DNA from: Octopus sinensis
Taxonomy: Eukaryota
Direction of reading: 5' to 3'
NCBI RefSeq assembly: GCF_006345805.1
Contig: NC_043000.1
Span: 120,838,001 to 120,902,000 of the forward strand
DNA length: 64,000 bases
Shown: positions 53,356-64,000 of the stretch, in pieces
How positions within the stretch are numbered: position 1 is the first letter of the stretch
Layout: every line of letters starts with the position of its first letter
Made by a program: the position numbers and the translations under genes
Notes under the pieces: generated by a model
What the model saw: the letters and a program-made list of their open reading frames with translations, nothing else
The model's database searches: none
What the model was told of the DNA's origin: nothing

Positions 53356-53977
53356 TATATACGTACGCTTGTTTATGTCGCTAATATCATCTCAATCTCC
53401 AGCACAGCAACACGATTTAGCGAAAACTCCAAAACAACACTTGATAATAAACACAGGAGAAAAGTAGATATCAATCTACATTTATAGCACTACATTTAAT
53501 ATAGAATTGAATACGTTAACTCCTAATATATACAGTTTGATTGAAATGTGACTTAAACTGTGCCAAGTTCAACGCTGAATAGTAATATCAAATTATTGAA
53601 CTCTGCACTGGTTTCTATGCAATACGATGTGTCTATAATGAATGAGAATTCATTTATCTCATACATTTAATAATTATTATTCATGGCTTTAGTCAGGGCT
53701 CGCATTCTCTGTTTTCGTTTGTGTATACGTATATCCATATATCCATATACATATAGCCATGTATACATATGTCTGTCTGTCTGTCTATCTATCTATCAAT
53801 ATGGTCTGTGTGTTTGTGTATGTATATTCATCTATATATATATACATTCATGCATTGATATATATATATACATTCATGCATTCATATATATATATATATA
53901 TATATATATACATGCACGCATATAAATATGTTTATAATATTATATATATCCTGACCGCGGGAAACAGGTTAAGGCAA

Positions 53978-54020
53978 TTCTGCTGATGACACCTACTGAG
54001 GCAGAAACGCATGTTCAGGA
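53978..54020 (+). ncRNA. Type I hammerhead-like motif with decayed stem II
   Basis: TTCTG-CTGATGA-caCCtactgaGGca-GAAAC-GCAT-GTT-CAGGA. Confidence 0.65.
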
Positions 54021-54387
54021 CTGTCTTTTTCTCGGCAGACAATAAGCCCGTTCATTTACGTAAAGTAATACTTGATTCTAGACAATATCTCCCTTTCTGG
54101 TGTGTTGCTTATCTCACCTGCTAGTTAATAGTAAAACTGCATCTTCTTGAAGTGCATAGATTCTAATAAATCAACAATTTATGGTGTATGCTGCTTGATA
54201 TACCTGTACGTGTCTATGTTATTCATATACGTACCACTGGTTGCGGTCAATTATATTGAGTCTGCTTATTTATATTGAACTGAAACAAACTACATAAACC
54301 ATGAATGTGTTCTATTATTTTTCTATATGTTTATGTCCTTTGGATGTAGGAGATTGTTTAAGACAACTGTTGTCCGATGACGCCCAT

Positions 54388-54423
<36 letters not shown>

Positions 54424-54597
54424 GAACCTCGGTTTTTGAACAACTCTGATCACGAATAAATCGCACTTTATTTCCTGTCTTTCTCATAATCATTTAATAA
54501 AGTAGTAAATTGGTTTACGAACGTCTCTGATCACACATAAATCATGCTTTATATATACCTATATCTATTTATTTATCTATATACCTATCTATATGTA

Positions 54598-54775
54598 GTT
54601 GAGATTTACAAAAACAAAAATCAAAAGACGAAGACAGGTGTATACACAAGAAACTGGTGTATTAGTTACACGCTTGGGAACGTGTGAAAGTCTTTTTTAT
54701 TTCGAGCCTACGCTCATCAACAGAAAGGGACACGAGAAAATAAACAGAGAGGCAATAAAAAAGCTTTAGTGGAGT
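54598..54775 (-). mobile_element. Short repeat family E
   Basis: Homologous to 53095-53278. Confidence 0.75.
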
Positions 54776-55229
54776 AGTAACATAACACAGTCATGTGCTG
54801 TATATGTATATACAAGATATTTGGTTTCAGCATTCATTGTTACTGATAAAATTATACCACTTATTATCCGCATCCTCAGCGCAAGGACCGCCGTGGTTGT
54901 GATGCATGAGGTCGTGTTTGTCGCCGCAGTAGCTGTCATGATAGCGATGCCGTGGTAGGCGCTAACATTGTCGTAACCGTATCGTTGTGGTCACACCAGT
55001 CATTTTCGTTGGCCATACTTCATTTAACATCTTCATAATCCCCATTATCTGTATTACATCTTCATCATCGCAATGTGAAATGAAGTGTTTTGCTCAAAAC
55101 CGCAGCGAAACACTATGTCCGGGTATCGTGAGTGCGGCACCTTATGTACTCAGCCACACGCCTTCACGTAAAGCAATAAGTAAAATCAATATTATATGTT
55201 TCTGACAGCGTTAAATACGAGAGTGGGGG

Positions 55230-55651
55230 TGTTCTTTTCGGTTTGAACGGCAGTTTTTAACATAATTTCTAGGAAACGAAAAAAATTTATACTTCGTATA
55301 CTGGTAGAATGTGTTTATAAAACATTGTTCGCTTGGCTTCATTGAGAAAAATTCTATAGTTTGTAAGATATTTGTTGTTTTTTCTTCAATTTCTGTAATT
55401 TCAACAAATCACTGACGTCTATTGCGGTAAAAAAAACATTCTGTGCCGTATGAATATGTCCCTCGTTTAAGAAACAGATTTGGGTTTATTTACATTTGTG
55501 AAAAAAAAAAAGATACCCTTCCACCCACCCCTAACTAACCCTAACCCTAAAAGAGATTGAAATGCAATAGATCGATACTAGGGTCATAATTATGGGTGAC
55601 AAATTCATATGACACCGCTAGAGAAAACTGTCGTTCAAACCGAAAAGATCC
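55230..55651. mobile_element. Second copy of the 3248-3683 MITE, in opposite orientation
   Basis: TIRs TCTTTTCGGTTTGAACGGCAG / CTGTCGTTCAAACCGAAAAGATCC, internal CCCTAA repeats, degenerate TSD. Confidence 0.9.
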
Positions 55652-56758
55652 TACGGGGGCCTAGCCCTCCCATTTCTCTATACTTTTCCTGTTTAGCTGA
55701 AGTATTCTGCTACGTTATTGTACTGTTTAGTCAAATACGCTGAATTCTGTATTTGCAGAAATAAAAAAAGTCTGATCATTGGTTGAAAGAATGCAGTAAC
55801 ATAACACAGTCATGTGCTAAATTATTAAGCGTAATGACTGCGACTCCTCCCCCATAATAAAATAGAAAATAAATGATTTTGCGTTGTGATTTGGTATACT
55901 CGTTCATAAACCTTTCTCTCTGCAATCTGAAAATATTGATCATGTAATATATGAGTGATGTATTAGACTGTAGTTATGGTAAGATGTTTTTATCTGATTT
56001 AACAACTATCTGATACTGATGTTGACATTAAGATATTGCCAATAGAAAAAGAGAAAAGGAAAAAAGGAAGGCCATAATAATATAATAACAGGAAATAATA
56101 GCCAACCGTGCCATTACTCAAATCAGTATATGACAAATATAAAACTATATGCATAATGATATGTTATACACATGGGACTTTCGTGGCAGTATTTTATGAT
56201 TGGTAGTATTTCGTTGAATATCTTAACACTCGATTAAGTAGAAGGTTATATGAGAGCAAGATAGATTTTTTTCTTCGGTATCTATTGCTATAATACTATT
56301 TTTAACATGACACATTAACTAACTGTCAAATTGTCACCATCTATTAAATATTATAATACAAATCAGAAAAAAAAAAACGTAAAAAAACCGTTAGCTTGTA
56401 TTGCTAGTTCCTCTAGGCCGGCCATTTTATTGCAGAACTTTTAAATTGTATTATATCTTTTTTTTCACTTTATTGCGAGTCTCATATTAACTCATTGAAA
56501 TATATCAACAGGCTATAAGAGTAAAAAGAACATACTATAATGTTTCATAACAGTAACAATGTATGTAAATGGATAAAATATCGGGCTACATTACCAATAT
56601 TTGTGGAATTTCAATTTATAAATGGGAATAAATAAAGATGATTATTATTGTCTATATGAAAGAGAAAAGTGATGGTTAGAAATATAGATACAAACATGTA
56701 CAAAACACACGCACAGTCAGACACATACATATACACACCTACACACACATAATTATAT

Positions 56759-57016
56759 GTGGAAGCACATGCCCTAGTGGTCAGAGAAGCGGACTCGCGG
56801 TGGAGGAATCGCGGGTTCGAATGTCAGACCGAGCGATGTGTGTGTTTATGAGCGAAAACACCTAAGCTCCATGCGGCTCCGGCAGAAGGTAATGGTGAAC
56901 TTCTACTGACTCCTTCGCTACAACTTTCTCTCGCTCTTTCCTCCTGCATCTTCCAGCTCACCTGCGACGGACTGGCGTCCCGTCCAGGTGGGGAACCTAT
57001 ACGCCAAGGAAACCGG
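56759..57016 (+). mobile_element. SINE C-like head with D-like tail
   Basis: tRNA-like head, GAGCGAAAACACCTAAGCTCC body, TGCGACGGACTGGCGTCCCGTCCAG tail. CATAATTATAT on both flanks. Confidence 0.82.
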
Positions 57017-57040
57017 TTCGAGAAGGAACAAACAATAACA

Positions 57041-57594
57041 TAATTATATAAAAGTACTATATGAAATGGTGTACCCTCATGCTGTAAGATAAATGTATGG
57101 AATGTATGATTGAGTATAAGGGTTAAAATTTCTGAGGAGGCACAACTACTTGTACACGCGCACAACAGACAAATTCAAATACATACCTACATATACATAA
57201 TAATAATAAATGCGCCTTTTTAAAGCCTAGCCAGGCTCATGGGCCCGGTTTCCCGGTTTCAATGGCGTATGTGTTCCCCAGCTGGACGGGACGTCAGACC
57301 ATCGCAGCGTTACTCATTTTTGCCAGCCGAAAGGACTGGAGCAACGTGAAATGAAGTGCTTTGCTCAAGAACATAACGCGTCGCCTGGTCCAGGAGTCGA
57401 AACTACAATCTCACGACCATAGAGCTGACACCCTAACCACTAATCCACGCGCCTCCACACATATATATAATTATATAAAATTAATACATGAAATGGTGTA
57501 CCCTCATGCTGTACCATAAATGCTTGAAGTTTATTATTCAGTATGAGGGTTAAAATTTCTGAGGAGGCACAACTAGCTGCACATAGACACAACA
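57041..57594. repeat. Direct repeat of about 125 bp (57041-57166, 57467-57594) bracketing a SINE D
   Basis: ATGAAATGGTGTACCCTCATGCTGTA..GGGTTAAAATTTCTGAGGAGGCACAACTA occurs twice. Confidence 0.85.
57200..57458 (-). mobile_element. SINE family D
   Basis: Reverse complement of the 4773-5030 family. Confidence 0.9.
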
Positions 57595-58341
57595 CACAGA
57601 TTTATATTTACTTTTAGGTATCTGTGGGTATATTGTGTTTTTAAGGGAAAAGGAAAGGGAGTAGCAGAGGTGAAGAGAAAAACCAGCTAATTCCGAATTG
57701 CCGGAATTACGAAGTATCCAAGATTATATAATTATATTGTTTAATAAGATGATGAGAATCTGTTACTGGGTCAAAACTGAAAGGGAGAGTATATGTAATT
57801 ATTGCTACCCTGAGCAATTTCCTCTTCATTGCTATCTTACAGACAGAAGACTGGGAAAAGACTGATGAGTGGTTATCAAACTTGAAATAGTCCGTCAGGA
57901 GACTCGCTCCGACTTTCTTTCTGAACCTAGATATAGTTGAAAGGTGTTTCATTCACAGAAAGGCCTTGTAGTATTTAAATTTATTAGACTTCTGCTTTTT
58001 GATATGTTGTGCAGCAATATATGCAGATATTGTTTTGTACTACACGAGAAATCAAGATAACAAAACAAAAATAATAATGAGGCTATCCAATACAGTACTA
58101 ACCTAATTCATGACTGCTTTAAATGGAAACTGAATACTCTATGCCATTGAAGGAATCCTGGCAGATTTTTCCTGAAATTTGAAACACAGAATGATCTGCC
58201 AATGGACCCCAGCTTCCTTTTTCTTGCAAATCAGCAGTATAGATCGAAATGTGTACCTTCCTGCCAAGATCGAAGTTTCTTGAAGTAAATATGCATAAAT
58301 GTGTATAATAGTTAAATACTATGTTTATGTGTGTATACACA

Positions 58342-58376
<35 letters not shown>

Positions 58377-59534
58377 TCATGTATATACAAATATACATAT
58401 AACCTACATATATATTTGTGTAGAATATATATATACATATGTGTGTGTGTGTGTGTATGTGTAATAATACATATACATGTGATATTCAAATTAATGTGTA
58501 TATGTGTGTGAGTGCTTGGATGTATACATGAATTTTGTGTATGCGTACGTTATCGTTTAAGGATGATTGTACACATTTTTTTAAATGCATGCGCCAGGAC
58601 AATATTTAGAAAATATATTAATATCTTCTATAAAATTAGCTACGCGAAAGTCAGGGAAGTATAGAAATGGCATTGATATAGAATAAAAAATCCTATATTA
58701 CAAATCAACGATGAATAGAACGTGACAACTGAGAATTTGCAATATCAAACACGTCACGCACAAACTTGCATACTTATGGGCCGAACAGAATTTCACATCA
58801 CAATTTCAAATGAAGAAAAAATAAACCTCACAAATATAGAGACATATCTGAAAATTTAAAACCAAATTTTTATTAATGAGCGAGAAATACTCCAATCTTT
58901 GAAAATTTCGACAACTTTGGGAAAGTTACATAGATTTTATGATTTTCTTTTGAATACATTATTCATGCAATTTCTAAATTGTATAAGTTTAGATTTACGA
59001 ATGGTAGAACTAATCTGTGAAAAGCGTAAGAAAAGAATCTTTTTTTACGCTTTCAAATATGTTTATTATTGAAGTTGTAAATTTTCCACTGTATACACTG
59101 TTATTGCGGATAAAAAATGTAATGTTATTATGTGTGTATTGTATAATGCTGAGTGTACTACATGTTAAATTGGATTTTAGATAGCGCTAAGTGTGGGAGA
59201 ACCGAGCGTGTATCAGTGTTACAGATCTACATCCACCATACAAAACGCATGCACATACATGCACGTACGCATGTTAACGAAGTCATACTACATGGTGATA
59301 GCACGTCATCTTCGATTATGAATTGGAGCCTCGAACGGTGTTGGATTTATCTATCTATCTACATATAAATATGCATTCCTATGCACACCAACGCCCACAC
59401 GCAAATATATATATGAATATGTGTGTGTGTGTGTGTATTAAAATATATTGTTTTATTCTCTCATTCGTTTCAGGTAGGCGGCTGCGGTCATACTGGAATA
59501 CCACCGTGATATACATATATCTACATACAAAATA

Positions 59535-59780
59535 ATTGTGCCCTCTTAAAGCCTAGCCCAGCCAGGGTCATGGGCTCGGTTTCCCGGTTTCAATGGCGTA
59601 TGTTTTCCCTAGCTGGATGAGACGCCAGTTCATCGCAGCGTTACTAATTTTTGCCAGCTGACTGAACTGGAGCAACGTGAAATGAAGTATTTTGCTCAAG
59701 AGCACAACGCGTCGCCCGGTCCAGGAATCGAGACCACAATCTTACGAGTATGATGCTGACACACTAACCACTAAGCCACA
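59535..59780 (-). mobile_element. SINE family D
   Basis: Matches 57200-57458. Confidence 0.9.
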
Positions 59781-59814
59781 CATACACACACACATAAATT
59801 ATAAAGTACAAATT

Positions 59815-60022
59815 GAAACTCCTTCCCGAGTCACAAGCTAATAGGGTCGGTTTCCCCGTGGACGGATCGGCGGTCCGTCGCAGGATGATAGCTGATTTGA
59901 TGGAGCAACACGAAAGGAAATGACTTGCTCAAGAAGACAAGATGTCGCCCAGTCTTGAAATCGAAATTGCAGTCTTAGGATCATGAGTACAACACCCCTA
60001 ACCAATAAACCACACGCCTCTA
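59815..60022 (-). mobile_element. Diverged D-related SINE
   Basis: GGAGCAAC..CTTGCTCAAG..GTCGCCC..CCCTAACCA..CACGCCTC. Confidence 0.65.
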
Positions 60023-60082
60023 CACACAAATTTCTCAACAGCTTTCTCTGTGTCTCTTTCTCTTTGCATGGTTGTTTCGTAA

Positions 60083-60440
60083 GAAGCTTGCTTCACAACC
60101 GCATGGTTTCGGGTGCAGTCCCACTGTGTGACATCTTGGACAAGTGTCTTTTATATAGCCTAGGGCCGACCAAATACTTGTAAGTTGATTTCGTAGACGG
60201 AAACTGGAAGAAGCCCGTCGTATATATATACTTATGTATGTGTCTGTGTTTGTGTCCCTCACTCCATCGCTTAGCAATCGATGTTCGTGCGTTTATGTCC
60301 CAGTAATTTAGCGGTTCGGCCAAAGATACCCATAGAATAAGTACTAGGCTTTTCCTGGTGTCGATTTCTTCGAGTAAAACCATCTAAAGCGTTGTTCCAG
60401 CATTGCCACATTCAAATGACTGCCACAAAAGAACAGAATA
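60083..60440 (+). mobile_element. Diverged SINE A
   Basis: Head, body and tail all recognisable with substitutions. Confidence 0.8.
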
Positions 60441-60466
60441 TATATAAATACATAATACATATATAT

Positions 60467-60521
<55 letters not shown>

Positions 60522-60522
<1 letters not shown>

Positions 60523-60831
60523 TAGCAGTATCGCCCGGCGTTGCTCGGGTTTGTAAGGGAGATAACTATATAAGCATTTTTAGAGAGTTACTTCCCTTAT
60601 GTAAAACCGAGTAAAAAATGCATTAAAAAAACAAAAAAATGATGGTAATTTTATTTAAAAATCGTAGCCTCATCGTAGACGCGCGCTAATACGCAGAAGG
60701 GCTTGATATGAATCCCGACTATAAGATACCCGCTTTTGGTTAAACTGCACCGAAAAATGTGGGAGTAGTTAGGAATCTAAATCGGAGTAGACAGACTCTC
60801 ACACACACAACTTAAGTCTTATATATAAAGA
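60522..60831 (-). mobile_element. Non-autonomous Helitron-like element, complete
   Basis: Minus strand A|TCTTTATATATAAGACTTAAGTTGTGTG ... CCCGAGCAACGCCGGGCGATACTGCTAG|T. Confidence 0.85.
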
Positions 60832-61317
60832 TACATGCATTCACATATACATATAAATATTTATTTGTATATATAGGTGTATATATGTATATAAATATAT
60901 GCATAGATATATTTACACACACACATATATATATACACCATTCGATGCATACACACACACACACACACATATATATATAGCTATACATTTGCATGTACAA
61001 AGTGTTAAATAAAAAAGATGCACAGGTAATCGGTGGGAATATAGTAAAGTATAGATGATTAAAACTATCCTCTACGTACACTAAGGTCATACGGGATGTG
61101 CAAATAAGAACAGCATGCATTTAGCCAAGAAGAGATGCCTGAGAAAATTTTTGATAGAAGTTTTGATTGATGGATGAAACACGAAAAATAATAAAAAGAA
61201 ATAAAAAAAAGACCGTACACCCACATCAGTGCAATTCACTATTGGCAATGAGTCTACTAAAGGTTAACATGAAACTAATTCAATCCTCAGTTGTCACGAA
61301 TTGTCGTTTCCCTGATA

Positions 61318-61401
61318 AAGTGTTGGCGATGTTGGGGCGACAGACACAGACACACAAACATATACGCATACATACATAAATGCATATATACATATATATA
61401 C

Positions 61402-61458
<57 letters not shown>

Positions 61459-61625
61459 TATGGCAGGCGTCTTTCAGTTTCCGTCTACCGAATCCACTCA
61501 CAAGGCTTTGGCCGGCCCGAGGCTATAGTAGAAGACACTTGCCCAAGGTGCCACGCAGTGGGACTGAATCTGGAACCATGTGGTTAGTATAAGCAAGCTA
61601 CTTCCCTCACATCCACTCCTACGCC
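61318..61625 (-). mobile_element. SINE A 5' half
   Basis: Reverse complement of the family A head and body. Confidence 0.85.
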
Positions 61626-61645
61626 AATATATATATATATATATT

Positions 61646-62090
<445 letters not shown>

Positions 62091-62782
62091 TATGTACGTA
62101 TGTATGTGTGTATGTATGTATACATTGCTATGTAAACAGACGTCGAGAATAAAATGCAAAGGTGATATTCACAGAACGTCATTAGGCACATTGATGACGT
62201 TGATGTTTATAATGATGATGATGATGATGGTGACTACTATTACGACGGCAGCGTCGATATTGATTACGATGGCGACGAAGATAAATGATGAATTTAATGA
62301 CTTTGATCGTTATTATCACACAGAGGATGACGCCGCAGGTGGCTATAAAGATAACACAAGCCCAAGACACTGATACCAAGGACGCTGATTAAGATAATGG
62401 GGTTGAGGACAATGCTAATTACTCTTTCTTTAGCGATAAAAAGTGAGGATTGTTGAAGTCAGTTTTGGGTTTAGTGAGATGAAGTATGCAGTGCATGTCT
62501 ATTGTTAAACACAGTTCTTCTTAGTACATTCTCACAAACATGGCTCTGCACTCAAAGAATGAGAATCACTTCATAAAGCTAGATTATGTTGTACAAATAT
62601 CACTAAAAGCTAATTAAAAATTTTAATTAAGGATAAAAATGTGATATTCTGGATTCATGACATTTACTTTATGTGTATATATTTGTCTCTGGGAAAACTA
62701 TATAAATATATGATATAATATAAGGTATATGAATCATGATTACATATATATATATATATATATATAATATATATACTCACAC

Positions 62783-62831
<49 letters not shown>

Positions 62832-63010
62832 TATATACATATATATATATATACATATATATATACACACATATGTATATATGTATATATATGTGTGCAT
62901 GTAAATTTATATATGCATACGTATTTATTTATAACTAAACATGTATAAATTACACTTTTGTTTGTTCACAAAATCTAAATCTATACACACACACATACAT
63001 ATGTATCTGG

Positions 63011-63050
<40 letters not shown>

Positions 63051-63928
63051 ATGTGTGTTTACAAATATAGATTCATATACACACTCACATATATATATAT
63101 ATATGTATACATGTGTGTGTATGTGTGTGTGCATATGTGTATGTTTTTTTACGTTTATGCGACCGAGCTTATGGGAGAAATTCGTATCGCAACTTTGTGC
63201 TTCATGTTTGGTCCCACTGCCTGACATCTTGCGTCAATGTTCTGCAACCTAGACATGTGAAGGATATTTGGTGGGCGGAAATACCACATGTTCTTGTAAT
63301 TCATGTAACAACCAGTTCCTTGGGTGAGTGAGCGTCAAATTGATGATGCTTATTGTTGCATAGCTGTTTTGGACTGCTATTTTTTTTTTATATTTTGGTG
63401 AGTTTTGTCTCAGACATTTAATGCCAGCTACGCAAAGCACAAAATTTTCTGCACACATTTAGTAAAGCTGCGTAAACGCTTTATCATAACACATGTGGAA
63501 CTTAAAGGAAAATATATTATAACTACAGCCTGCGAAACATTAGACTACTGCCACTTAATGTATAAAATTAACATTGGACACTTATGACATTGGTGTTAAT
63601 TACGCACAATAACATACTCGTTCAACAGAAAAAAATTGGCATAGTAACATATTGCAGCAATGCGAATGTATGTGAATTTTTAAAAACATCTTTGAACTCC
63701 GAATAGCTATGGAATAGCAGAAGAAGAACTACAGGGTAACGTCAAAGGAAGAGTATATAAAATTAACTAAAATCTATAAAATTTGGGAATCTATATATAT
63801 ATATAACTGATAAAATATACACAGAAAACGGGTGCATTATAAATGCAGAATTCAAAGAAGTCATCAATATGCACAAGCGACACCAGACGGCTATAAAATC
63901 AAATAACCAGCAGCATAACATCTGTGTG

Positions 63929-64000
63929 CAGAAACATTAGCGCGCCGGGCAAAATGCTTAGCGGTATTTCGTCTGCCGTTACGTTCTGAGTTCAAATTCC
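63929..64000 (+). mobile_element. SINE B 5' part (runs off the window end)
   Basis: GCAGAAACATTAGCGCGCCGGGCAAAATGCTTAGCGGTATTTCGTCTGCCGTTACGTTCTGAGTTCAAATTCC. Confidence 0.85.

Noticed and set aside
54421-54545. Tigger/pogo-like TIR start (GTAGAACCTCGG) with a short internal repeat
   Set aside because: No matching right TIR found.
57859-57897. CTGATGA..GAAA..GTC hammerhead-like string
   Set aside because: Stems I and II do not pair, so probably a chance match.

Overview
AT-rich, microsatellite-dense eukaryotic DNA. The SINE and LINE repertoire suggests an octopus or other cephalopod, but that is an inference. I found no host protein-coding gene, and nearly all listed ORFs are artefacts of simple repeats. 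The real coding remnants all come from transposons: two 5'-truncated R4/Dong-type RLE LINEs inside an (AAT)n field (one with an uninterrupted 516-codon frame), two CR1-like LINE 3' ends, two Penelope-like GIY-YIG fragments with inverted pLTR pieces, and a decayed mariner. Non-autonomous elements include four tRNA-headed SINE types (my labels A-D) with swapped head and tail modules, several Helitron-like elements, and an 8-bp-TSD MITE carrying TTAGGG-like repeats. The strongest signal is a set of about ten type I hammerhead-ribozyme-like motifs. They occur in Penelope-type fold-back elements, in a tRNA-headed SINE-like element, at a LINE junction, and in a short repeat family with a shared variant core (CUGUNGA). 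All alignments and folds were done by eye, so boundaries are approximate.
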